The notes under the pieces are model-generated. The model was not told where the DNA came from. It saw only the letters and a list, made by a program, of their open reading frames with translations, and did no database searches. A DNA stretch of 64,000 bases from assembly GCA_951406725.2 (NCBI GenBank), contig OX597822.1, positions 6,696,001-6,760,000 of the forward strand, given 5' to 3'. How positions within the stretch are numbered: position 1 is the stretch's first letter; each line of letters starts with the position of its first letter. Made by a program: the position numbers and the translations under genes. Positions 41,931-53,886 of this stretch are shown one piece after another. Source of the DNA: Octopus vulgaris. Its lineage: Eukaryota.

Positions 41931-42754
41931 TAATATAGATACACACGTCTATGTACACACACATATACACACATAAAAACACAAACACACATGTTTATAG
42001 ATATATACATGCACACATTCGAACCCATGACTTACGTATACTCACACATATACATCTTATTGACCATTTCAATAGCTTCAGAGCAACAAGCTAAGAGGAT
42101 TAACTCGCACATACACATTCTCTTATTTTGCCCTAATCTACACACATTTCTATATATATATGATCAATCTAAAGATATTCACATTTTAGCTCTCATGAAT
42201 GTGCATCTCTAAATGTAAATCCACCAGTCATTTTCCAGTTATGCTCTTGGGTAAATTTTCTGTATATCTATTCATCCAGAGTTTAGAATATCCAAACAAA
42301 AGAACAATATAGGTACAGTGGAACCGTATTGGATTTGTTCGTTTAGACAGACACGTTTCTATACATGGGGATATCTCAATTTACATAAAATAATTCTACT
42401 CTGGTGATACAAGTGATATTCATTCTATAACTAGGTTCTAAAGTTATATATATTTCATTAACTCCTGATAAACGAATCTACTCCTTCCTTGGTTACTTTT
42501 CGTAAAAAAAAAATGTATACACACACACTCACCATTTCTCAGGGGATTATACAATTTAGGTAAAAAACAAAACTAAATGATATAAACATATTATTAAGGA
42601 TAATGAAAAATATAATTACATTTTTGAATAAATAAATGATTGATAAATTGATAAATGATGATTTAATTCTTTCTAAATTCCAGAAACGTGCTTTCAAGTC
42701 TGTGGTGTTTTATTATTCATGTAACCATTGCATAATATTATTTGTAGTGTTTAT

Positions 42755-43066
42755 TCAGTTGTTGTTTGTTTCTTCTCGAGCCATGTCTGGCTCATAATGA
42801 CCGGTTTCACGGTTTCCTTGCCATATAGGTCCCCCACTTGGACGGAACACCCGTCCGGCGCAGGTGAGCTGATATATACAGCAAGAAAGAGTGAGAGAAA
42901 TTTGTGGCGAAAGACTCAGCAGAGATTCGCCATTACCCTCTGTCAGAACCGCGCTGAGCTGAGGGATTTCGCTCATAAACACACGCATTGCCCAGTCTGA
43001 GATTCGAACTCGTGATCTCTTGACTGCGAATCCGCTGCTATAACCACTAGGCCATGTGCCTCCACT
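42755..43066 (-). mobile_element. full-length tRNA-derived SINE (third family)
   Basis: minus strand GTGGAGGCACATGGCCTAGTGG (A box)..GAGTTCGAATCTC (B box); (CAA)n tail. Confidence 0.88.
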
Positions 43067-43539
43067 GTGTTATTCCAGGCAAAGGTCGAATGCTTTTAAG
43101 AACGAAAGTGAAGCATATTCAGGAATTAGTTTGCATATGTGGTGGCAGAGGTTTCACGAGGTTTTGTTCTTCAACTACGTAATCTGACCAGCGAAAACAC
43201 AAGTAATTATTAGTGAGTGCGATATATGCGCGATATATTTGCGATATAGGGTGTGATATTTAAATTTCAACTAGCTGACATTTGGACTGTTAATACCAGT
43301 ATACTGAATGGATAACTGTAAGAAGGACTAAGACTTGGTGCATCCGATTCTACCGATACGTAGTCACGCAGCAAAAATAATATAAAACAAGATCGAAAAA
43401 CTTCTCCGTATAATATTTAGTAACTTATTATCATATCAGCGAACTCTTCTGTTTTGATTGTCTTCTATTACTTTCTGCATCTGTCTGTGTCTGCCTGCCT
43501 CTCCCTCTCTCTCTGTGGATATATGTATATATGTATATG

Positions 43540-43606
<67 letters not shown>

Positions 43607-43624
43607 AGAAAGTTGGTTTGTGAA

Positions 43625-44070
43625 ATTACGGATGCAAAAGTAAAAAAATGTGGTAGATCGAACTGTGCAACATGTCCAAACCTACTAGAAGGATCAGAAT
43701 TCCTCTTTAAAGAGGGACGGATATTCAAGATCAAATCTAACTTTATTTGTGCCTCTGAAAAACATAATTTATGTCATAAAATGCTCGGGCTGCCACCAAG
43801 ACTACGTGGGATCCACGGGACTATCACTCAGACGTAGATGCACACTGCATCGACAACAGATTGCATTCCCAGAATACAGAATGATACCTTTTAGTGAGCA
43901 CATTGAGAAATGCGCAAAGCAACTACTACCACAATTTTTAATCTTTCCATTTTACCAATGTGCTATCGGATCATCAACACAAATTAGACTAAACAAGGAA
44001 ACATTCTTCATTGAAAAGTACAAGCCCAGACTTAACCATGCCAACATACTGATACAAAGAAATTCACACC
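43625..44070 (+). pseudogene. Penelope-like Cys linker + GIY-YIG endonuclease fragment
   Basis: KCGRSNCATC, NIIYVIKCSGCHQDYVGST..R..H..E.FFIEKYKPRLN; near-identical to 48288-48733. Confidence 0.9.
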
Positions 44071-46702
44071 GAGGTATTGTTTGGCGTCTGTGGCCTTGTA
44101 AAAAATGTCTGTTTCTATTTTAAGGTTAATTTCTTTAATTAGTATATCCAAGAACGGGAGCTCCTTTTGGTTGTATTCCATTGTGAACTGTATATTTGGA
44201 TTTATGCTGTTCAATAGGTTTTTAAATTTTAGGAGTTTATCTGTGTTTTCATTCCAGAGTATGAAACAATCGTCTAAGAATCGTTTCCAATTCTCTTTTA
44301 TGTATTGAGAAAGGGGGTTTCCAAAGATTGATAAAGATTCCTGGTAAATGATTATTTCCATGTAGCCCATTGTTAGGTTCGCAATGACTGGTGCTGCCCT
44401 TGTACCCATAGCAATTCCGGATTTTTGACGGTAAAATGTATTGTCAAACATGAAGTGGTTATTATGTAGGATGAATTCAATTGATTTAGTAATGAATTCT
44501 TTACTGATCCTTTTTGGTATTTCTTCCGGAAATTGGTCCAGCCAGAACTGTATTGCCTCTAGTCCATAATTATGAGGTATACTGGTATATAAGTTAACTA
44601 CATCAAATGAAACCAGGATTGTTTCTGCCTTGGCTTTTTTTTGGAAGGTGGTTTAACATATCTAAGTCATCTCTGATATGGCTATCGATATGTTTAAGGA
44701 AGGGTTTCAGGAGGATGTCCATAAATAGACTTAGTCTGTGTGTTTCACAGGTTGGGCCAGCTACAATGGGTCGTAGTTTTAGGTCCCCCGGGTTAGGTTT
44801 GTGTATGTATGTCTTTGGTGATTTTTTAATGGTTTCATTTATAATTTGGCTTTTATGAGTTTTTGGCAGACCATAGAAAAGGCTAGATTTGCATTTAAAG
44901 TTTGTTAGAAAGTCAATCTCTTTGGTTGTTAGTTTCTTTTCATGGGTTTTAATTAGTGAAGTTTTCATTATTTTTTGTGGGGTGTAGTTGGTAATTTTTT
45001 CATAATGTAGGTCGTCATCAAGCAAGGAAATTACAAGATTTCTATAGTATGATGTATCCATTATTACAACTGCATTTCCCTTGTCTGCTTCCTTAATGGT
45101 TATATCCTCATCATTTTGAAGTTCCATTAGTTCTTTCCATTGTTTAGTGTTAAAATTTGAGTTAACTTTCTGTTTATGTATAGTATGGTAGGGAAAGTTC
45201 TCAATGTGGTTACAGAATTCATCAAGATCTGTATTTCCTCCTCTGTGTGGGATGTGTTCACTTTTGTTCTTGACTAGTGATTCATCTTCAGTATTGAAAC
45301 TGGTTGATGCTTCTGCCAGTCTTAATTTTCTGCAAAATTCTGTTATATTATCCTTGGTTTCATTTAGGTTGGCTCTGCGTGGAGTTGGTGTAAATTTGAG
45401 CCCTTTTGAGAGGATGTCAATTTTTATGTTAGAAAGAGGTTTGGTTGAAAGATTGATTATCTTCGGTTTTTCCTTATTACTAGGTTCCAGCCTGTGTCCT
45501 GGTGTCTCTGGTCCCTCGCTAAAAAATGTTGGGTGTAATTTTGTTTGTATGAGATGTCTGTGAGGTTGTGTGATATTGGGTCGGGGGAATGGTGGTATTG
45601 TTGCCCCCGATCGTTGTGTGTGTGTGGGAATCTATGGTTGTTTTTGTTTGTGGTGTGTGTAAAATTTCTGTATGTGAAATATTTTTGTTTCGAACTGCTT
45701 GTATGTGGGATGTTGCTTGACATAGTGTTTTTTTGCGTTTGTCTTGTGTTCAGTGGGGACCAGTAATTTTGGTTCATGGGATAGTAGCGACTTGTGTGTT
45801 GTGTATTTCTTATTCTAGTGTCGTTTTGTGCTGTATGGTGGTTGGGTCTGGTATTAGGATGTTGTTGGTGTGTTCTGTTTTTGGTGTAATTTATTTCATA
45901 GACTCGTCGTCTGTCAGCTAGTTCCCTGTTGGGTCTTGCGTGGTTTGCAAAGGTTGGTTGTGGGTGATTTCTGTTTTTAGTGTATGGAGGATAGTTGGGG
46001 GTTGTTCGTGGGTTGTTTGGTGTTTCTTTTTTATTTTTTATAATTTTCTTAAGGAAGGGATTATTTGTACCCAATTCATTTTTGATTGTTGAACTATATT
46101 TTTGGAAGAAATCGATGTTTTTCTCCCAGCGCAGGAGAGAATTTCTCTTCTTTTTCACAGGTATCGTTCCAATGATCTAATGTATTTTCGAGGGGTTGTC
46201 CCTCGGTATGTTTTTGTATTATATTGTGCATCTCCTCGTCGATGCTTTTAAATTTTTCCTCATTTGTGGAGGCCCTTAGTCTTAGAAGCTCTATTTCTGA
46301 TCTTAAATTGAACAGAGCTGACTTTTCCCTAATAGTTCTCTGTCCGTCAGGTTCGTTAGGGATTAATTTTATCTGGAATTTGCGTGGAAGGATAATTGGT
46401 GTTGAGTTCATACATCCCACGTATATATCTGTTTTGTTGGAATTTTTTATCATGTTCCAGAAGGCGAGTTTTCTATTGTGCAGGTTTGTATTCCAAATGT
46501 TTCCTATTTTTCTTTTTGCTGGGTTAATTTGGGTGCGTATGATGTCCTGCTGTGTTTCATTTGGTGTGTGTTTTTTATTTTTGGATTTGTTGATGAAAAT
46601 TGAATTTAGTGTTGTGTATAACAGTTGCAGATCCTTACTAACCTGGTCAGTGTAGCGAGTTGTATCTTCACTGCTTTTACTTTCCCGGGCGATTAGGTTT
46701 GA
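44071..46702 (-). pseudogene. Penelope-like ORF N-terminus + RT, frameshifted, 3'-truncated
   Basis: ILSKGLKFTPTP, IKEADKGNAVVIMD, FYGLPKTHK, LRPIVAG, SFDVVNLYTSI, GIAMGTRAAP, RFLDD, LPFLD. Confidence 0.92.
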
Positions 46703-46918
46703 AAAGCTAAACGCGAAACCGGTCTTTCTTCTAAACTATGTCATTGTAAGGAAAAACAAAATTTTAATATTCTTCAGATATATTGACGCAAATATATATA
46801 TATTTTTAACATTTAAGCCTTCTGTAGTTTTTTCACTTTTTACTATTTTCTATATATTCAACCACGTGTTTTCACAAACCAACTTTCTTATCTATATATT
46901 AAACACGTGAGACCGAAA

Positions 46919-48756
46919 ATGCCACAGAAGACCAACACCTCGGATAAAACTACAAATGAGGACATACTCAAAGAACTGAAAAGTATCAATACACAGCTCA
47001 TTACCCTGAACAACAAAATCGAGGAATCAAACCTACTCGCCCGGGAAAGTAAAAGCAGTGAAGATACAACTCGCTACACTGACCAGGATAGTAAGGATCT
47101 GCAACTGTTATACACAACACTAAATTCAATTTTCATCAACAAATCCAAAAATAAAACTACGACTCATTGTAGCTGGCCCAACCTGTGAAACACACAGACT
47201 AAGTCTATTTATGGACATCCTCCTGAAACCCTTCCTTAAACATATCGATAGCCATATCAGAGATGACTTAGATATGTTAAACCACCTTCCAAAAAAAGCC
47301 AAGGCAGAAACAATCCTGGTTTCATTTGATGTAGTTAACTTATATACCAGTATACCTCATAATTATGGACTAGAGGCAATACAGTTCTGGCTGGACCAAT
47401 TTCCGGAAGAAATACCAAAAAGGATCAGTAAAGAATTCATTACTAAATCAATTGAATTCATCCTACATAATAACCACTTCATGTTTGACAATACATTTTA
47501 CCGTCAAAAATCCGGAATTGCTATGGGTACAAGGGCAGCACCAGTCATTGCGAACCTAACAATGGGCTACATGGAAATAATCATTTACCAGGAATCTTTA
47601 TCAATCTTTGGAAACCCCCTTTCTCAATACATAAAAGAGAATTGGAAACGATTCTTAGACGATTGTTTCATACTCTGGAATGAAAACACAGATAAACTCC
47701 TAAAATTTAAAAACCTATTGAACAGCATAAATCCAAATATACAGTTCACAATGGAATACAACCAAAAGGAGCTCCCGTTCTTGGATATACTAATTAAAAA
47801 TATTAACCTTAAAATAGAAACAGACATTTTTTACAAAGCCACAGACGCCAAACAATACCTTCTTTTTAATTCATGCCACCCAAGACACACTAAAACAAAC
47901 ATCCCCTTCAACCTTGCAAGAAGGATATGCACAATAGTGTCAGAACAAAATACCTGGAACTTTAGACTGCAAGAACTCAAAAACACCCTGATTGACAGAT
48001 ATTACCCAGCTCAACTCATAGAGGATGGGATCAGACGTGCAACAGAAATCAACATAGAAACTTTAAGAAAAGTTCAACACAACAACACACCTTCCCCGAA
48101 AATACTACCTTACATATCTACATACAACCCCAGAAACAAAGAAGCCTTCACCATCATCACCCAGAATTTACCAATACGTCATAAGGACCCCAAATTAAAG
48201 GAAATTCTAAACACACCAAATCATTAAAAGCTACAAACAACCTAAATCACTTAAAAAGATTCTCACAAAGGCAAAATTTTTTTCTGGAATTACGGATGCA
48301 AAAGTAAAAAAATGTGGTAGATCGAACTATGCAACAGGTCCAAACCTACTAGAAGAATCAGAATTCCTCCTTAAAGAGGGTGAGAAATTCAAGATTAAAT
48401 CTAACTTTACTTGTGCCTCTGAAAACATAATTTATGTCATAAAATGCTCGGGCTGCCACCAAGACTACGTGGGATCCACGGGACTATCACTCAGACGTAG
48501 ATGCACACTGCATCGACAACAGATTGCATTCCCAGAATACAGAATGATACCTTTTAGTGAGCACATTGAGAAATGCGCAAAGCAACTACTACCACAATTT
48601 TTAATCTTTCCATTTTACCAATGTGCTATCGGATCATCAACACAAATTAGACTAAACTAGGAAACATTCTTCATTGAAAAGTACAGGCCCAGACTTAACC
48701 ATGCCAACATACTGATACAGAGAAATTCACACCAAGGGAAAGGAAAAATAATTTAA
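46919..48756 (+). pseudogene. Penelope-like RT + GIY-YIG ORF with ~1.8 kb internal deletion and stops
   Basis: ATG 46919 (MPQKTNT), deletion junction ~47155, 338-aa RT ORF 47211-48227, GIY-YIG to TAA at 48756. Confidence 0.92.
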
Positions 48757-48865
48757 GCGATTATCTCCCTTACACCGGAAGAAATCACTCATTACCTCCC
48801 CTTATTTAGAACTCTTTTAAACATAAACATAACGATAACTCTATTCAACATAAACATAACGTCGT

Positions 48866-48904
48866 AAGAAATTTGAAATGCTAAACGCGAAACCGGTCTT
48901 TCTT
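48866..48904 (+). ncRNA. degenerate minimal hammerhead in the Penelope pLTR
   Basis: AAGAAA/UUUCUU helix I, GC-uaaac-GC, GAAA-CCGG-UC; 5' core non-canonical (UUGAAA); 3' half repeated at 46706-46730. Confidence 0.55.
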
Positions 48905-49018
48905 CTAAACTATGTCATTGTAAGGAAAAAAAAATTTAATATTCTTCAGACATATTGACGCAAATATATATATTTTTTAACCTTTAAGCCTTCTGTAGTT
49001 TTTTCACTTTTTACTACT

Positions 49019-49075
<57 letters not shown>

Positions 49076-50020
49076 CTTGAATATCTGGTGAATACGGAGG
49101 GTGGGGTAACACATCCCAGCCGAGCTGCAGCAACTTTTGTCTGGTTCCAAAAGAAACGTGCGGTCTTGCATTCTCATGTTGGAAAACAACACCCTTCCTG
49201 TTGGCCAATTCTTGACGTTTCTTTTGAATTACTGTTTTTAACTAGTCCAGTTTTGTGCAGTATTTCTCAGAATTAATTGTCTGATTACTTGGGGGGAGCT
49301 CATAGTACAGAATTCCTTTCCAATACCACCAGACACAAAGCAAGACTTTTTCACGGTGAAGAAACCGCTTTTGGGGTGGCTAAGGGTGGCTCGTGTCACT
49401 TACTCCAGGATTACTTTCTCTGAACATTTCGGCAGATAATCCATTTCTCATCACCTGTCACAATTTGCTTTAAAAAAGGCGCATTTTCATTCCGTTTATA
49501 AAGCGAATCACAGATGGAAATACCTCCGAAAGTTTCTTTTCATTCAACTCATGTGGTATCCAAACATTGTAGAGATTTGTGTACCAGGTGCTCATGAACA
49601 ACGGATTTTTATAGGTTGAGGCTTTCTGCGAATTCTCGGGTTGTGCAATGTGGGTTATTCTCAATTAATGAATTGATTTGGTCATCATCTGTAGTGGATG
49701 GTCTCCCTGATCACTCTTAATCAAGAAGGCTACAATATCCAGCTTGGAACGTTGCGAACCGCTTCCGTGCAGTTCTTTCGGATAAAGAAACATCACCGTA
49801 AGCTGCGCATATTTCTTTGGTTGCTTGTGAGGCATTTTATACTTTACGGAAAAAGAAAAGCATCAAGTGCCGAAAATGAACTTTCTTATCCCCCTTTTTA
49901 ATCAGTTACAGAATTAACACAGGTTATAGGCAGATAAACCTTCTTTCACGAAAAGATAGCTTAATCTGTGCTCTAATTGGAGGTGTAGTCAATTCCTATT
50001 TTATGGACTCAACTATGTTC
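49076..50020 (-). mobile_element. mariner element, 3'-truncated and degraded
   Basis: WIPHEL, VTGDEKW, NRKGVVFQHENARPH..WDVLPHPPYSPDI. Confidence 0.88.
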
Positions 50021-50078
50021 TAAGAGATGGTGGGGGTACAAACACAGACACAGACACATACAGACACACATATATATT

Positions 50079-50112
<34 letters not shown>

Positions 50113-50255
50113 AATATATATAGATATATACACACATATATATACATTTATATATATATATATTTTTTAATCCAAACGGGAAAACAAAAAAACAACAACA
50201 GTGGAACAATTACAGTATTATTATTAATAGGCGCTCAGGAAATGGAAGCAGGAAG

Positions 50256-50290
50256 GTATGACGTTTCGAGCGGAGCTCTTCGTTTGAAAC
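50256..50290 (-). ncRNA. minimal hammerhead, core mutated
   Basis: minus strand GUUU-CAAACGA-A-GAGC-ucc-GCUC-GAAACGUC-AUAC. Confidence 0.6.
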
Positions 50291-53045
50291 ATAAAGAAAG
50301 AAGAGAGAGGAAAGAAAGATCCCAAAGCGGGCAACAGGAGATGGAGAAAAAAACGACTGGTGTCTACGAAGTACACATGGTGAAAGGCGGAAGTTTACGA
50401 TAACAAGAGCAAAGTAGGTTTTTAAAGCCAAAAGAGTGGAGACAGGGTTGGTAACGCAACAGATGTGTGTGTATGTGTGAGTGTGTGCGTGTGCGTGTGT
50501 GTATGTGTGTGTGAGGCGAGATAAAAAACAAAAAATATATGTATGTGTTAGTGTGTGCGTCTGTGTGTAGGCGTGTGAGGTAGGGCGAGACAGTAGTAGG
50601 CATAGCAGACAGTGATCAGTAGTAAGAAAATGAAGGAAGGAGGAAGGGAGGGAGGGGAAGGGGTGGGGGCGTATGTAGCGTGCCAGCGTGTGTTGAGTAG
50701 TAGTGTGTGTGTGTCCAGTGTCGTGGTAGTATTAATGGCGAGTAGATTGAATGTGTGTAAGGGTAATGTATATATTTAAGCAATGTGTGTGTGTGAGTGG
50801 GTGTGTATATGTGTGCGCGTGTGTGTAACAAAAAGGGGGGGGTTAAGGAAAAAGGACTCCAGCTGGGGGGAAGATGGAAGAGTGGTCCCGCGGAGACGGG
50901 CGTGGGAGAACCCAACGACAAGCGACGGTCCCAGGAACGAGCGGGAAGTCTCGTCGGGTCCAAGAGCGAGGTGCATGCAGCGCGTATGCGTGCGCGAACC
51001 GGCGCAAGCGCGTGTGTGCGCGCGCCTGCGAGTATGCGCGTAAGTATGTATGTGTGTGGATGTGTGAGTGTGTCTGTGTGTATGTCTGGGTGTCAGTGTG
51101 TCCGGTGAATGTATCCGTGTGTGTGTGTGTGTGTATGTGTATGAGTGTGTATGTATGTACGTGTGGGTGTGTGGAAGTGTGTGTATGTGCATGTGTGTGC
51201 GCGTACATACAGGTGTGTGAGTGAGTGTGTGTGTGTATGTATGTGTGAGTGTGTATGTATGTGTGTGTAGGATGCATGTATGTGTATGGGTGTATGTATG
51301 TGTGTGTGTATGTATGTATGTGTACGTGCGTGTGTGTGTGTGTATGCGTGTAGGTGTGCGCGTGTGCATGCATGCATGCATGTGCGTATGTGTGTGTGTG
51401 TGCATGTGTGTGGGTATATATGTATGTGCGTACATGTGTGTGTGTGTATGCATGTGTGTGTATGTAGGTGTGTAGGCGTGTGTTTATAGGTGTATGTATG
51501 TAAGTATGTATGGGTGTGTCCGTGTATGTGTGTATGTATGTGTGTGTATGTAGCGTGTGGGCGTGTGTGTATAGGTGTATGTATGTATGTCTGGGTGTGT
51601 CTGTGCATGTTTGTGTGTGTGTGTGTATGCATGTGTATGTAGGTGTGTGTGTACGTGTGTAATGTATGTGTGTATGCGTGTGTGTGCGTGTGTATGCGTG
51701 CGTGTGTGTATGTAGGTGCGTATGTATGTGTGTGGGAGTGTAGGTGTGTGTGTGCGTGTGCGTGTTTATGTTGGTGTGTGCGTATGTGAGTGTGAGTGTA
51801 TGGGTGTTTGTCATGCATGTGTGTGCGCGTGCAGGCGAGTGTGTGTGTAAGTATGTGTGTGTGTATGTTTGTGTGAGTGTGTATGTGTGTATGTCTGTGT
51901 GTATGTATGTGCGTATAGGAGTATGTCGGTATGTGTGTGTATGTGTATGGGTGTATGTATGTATGCGTGTGTGTGTGCATGTGTATGTGTGTGTGTTTAT
52001 GTATGTGTGTGTGTGTGTGTAGGCGTGTGTGTGTAAATGTATGTATGTATGGGTGTGTGTCTGTGTGTGTTTGTGTGTGTGTGTAGGTAGGTGTGTGTGT
52101 CTGAGTGAGGGTATGGCTGTGTAGGTGTGTGTGTGTATGAATGTAAGTGTGTGTGTGTACAAGTGTAATGTATGTATGTAGGTGTGTGTGTGTGTGTATG
52201 TGTACGTGTGCGTGTGTATGTGTGTGTGTGTATGCGTGTGAGTGTGAGTGTATGGGTGTATGTCTGTGTGTGTGTGTGTATGTCTGAAGTAGGTATGTGT
52301 GTGTATGTATGTATGTGTGTGTGTGTGCGGGTATGTGTGTGTGTGTGTGTATGTGTGTGTGAGTAGGTGTGCGTGTATGTATGTGGGTAGGGATGCATGC
52401 GAGTGTGTGGGTATGTATGCATACATACGCACGCACACACCCGAAGCAAGCTCACACACACGAAGCGCGCTCACGCACACAACACACAAGCAATACAACG
52501 CAAGCCAAAGGGGCCGACCAAGCCCCCAGCGCGCGTCAAGGCGCGCGAGCGCAAAGGCCCTCGAACGCCCCGCTACGCGGGAACCGAGGATCCATCAGCC
52601 AAAACCGGAAAGCGGAAAAGAGGGGGGGCGGCTGCCTGGATGCAAAAAGGTGTATGTGTGTGTGCATTCAGTGTAAGGGTGTGCATATGTGGGTATGTAT
52701 GTATGTGTGTGCCTACATGTATGTGTGCATGTGTGTGTGTGTGAAGTAGGTACGTGCGGTGTGTGTGTGTGAGTGTGTGTGTATGTATGTGCGTATGTAT
52801 GTGTGTATGTATGTGTGTATGTATGTCTGTGTGTGTGTGTGTGTGCGTAAGTATGTATGTGTGTGGTGTGTGTGTATGGGTATGGGTGTATGTATGTATG
52901 TGTGCGTGTGCATGTGTATAAGTATATGTGTGTGTGCGTATGTGTGTGTATGTGTATGTGTGTGTGTTTATGTATGTGTGTATGTATGTGTGTAGGCGTG
53001 TGTGTGTAGATGTATGTATGTATGGGTCTGTGTCTGTGTGTGTTT

Positions 53046-53088
<43 letters not shown>

Positions 53089-53192
53089 TATATAGTTAAT
53101 CCAAACAAGAAAACACAAAAAAACACAACAGCGCGAGGACGTGGAACAAATATAGTATTATTGGACGCTCAGGAAAGAAGGGAAGAAGGAGG

Positions 53193-53227
53193 GTTTAACG
53201 TTTCGAGCGGAGCTCTTCGTCAGAAAC
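53193..53227 (-). ncRNA. minimal type I hammerhead ribozyme
   Basis: minus strand GUUU-CUGACGA-A-GAGC-ucc-GCUC-GAAA-CGUU-AAAC; loopless palindromic helix III typical of dimer-active Penelope hammerheads. Confidence 0.75.
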
Positions 53228-53274
53228 ATAGGGGAAGGAAAAATCCAGAGAAGGGAAGACAGAGGAATTGGATC

Positions 53275-53307
<33 letters not shown>

Positions 53308-53310
<3 letters not shown>

Positions 53311-53472
53311 GACGGGCTTCTTTCAGTTTCCGTATACAAAATCCACTCACAAGGCTCTGGTCAGCCAGAGGCTATAGTAGAAGACACTTGCCCAAGGTGC
53401 TACGCAATAGCACTGAACTCGGAGTCTCGTGGTTGGTAAGCAATCTAGTTACCACACAGCCACTCCTGTGCC

Positions 53473-53475
<3 letters not shown>
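53308..53475 (-). mobile_element. CORE-like SINE 5' half
   Basis: reverse-complement match to 24906-25070. Confidence 0.85.
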
Positions 53476-53553
<78 letters not shown>

Positions 53554-53811
53554 CGGAGATGTACTACATAGTAAGTGACTTGATCTGAAATCGTCTGCTG
53601 AAACAAAAACAGGGGCACTCTGGAAGGTGTTTATAAGACATTTAAAAACACACAAAAACCGTTAGATTTACTTCAACATTTAAATTCAACATTTCCTTTG
53701 CCTGTGACGCTACAGAAAGCTAAAGTTTTCCAGTGGCACTGTGCAAATAGATACATACACACATGTACACATTCGTGCCCATGTCTCTATATCTGTGTGT
53801 AAGTATGTATG

Positions 53812-53886
<75 letters not shown>

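Larger units (their letters stand above)
43625..49026. mobile_element. rearranged Penelope-like element (Neptune-like) cluster inserted in (TA)n
   Basis: RT and GIY-YIG segments on both strands; ~150-bp direct repeat 46706-46856 / 48880-49026; (TA)n at both ends. Confidence 0.93.
50165..53275 (-). mobile_element. non-coding (CA)-rich retroelement body between two related hammerhead-bearing terminal repeats
   Basis: 50165-50295 and 53095-53232 are diverged direct repeats; between them lie ~2.6 kb of degenerate (TG/TATG)n with GC-rich, T-depleted islands. Confidence 0.6.

Noticed and set aside
42990-43066. tRNA gene
   Set aside because: A and B boxes are present, but it continues into a SINE body and no clean cloverleaf acceptor stem is seen.
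50855-51040. CpG-island promoter
   Set aside because: It is short, embedded in repeat, strand-skewed and has no downstream gene; T>C conversion explains it better.
50843-52498. 551-aa His/Thr-rich ORF and overlapping long ORFs
   Set aside because: They are translations of degenerate (CA)n repeats, open in several frames with no domain content.
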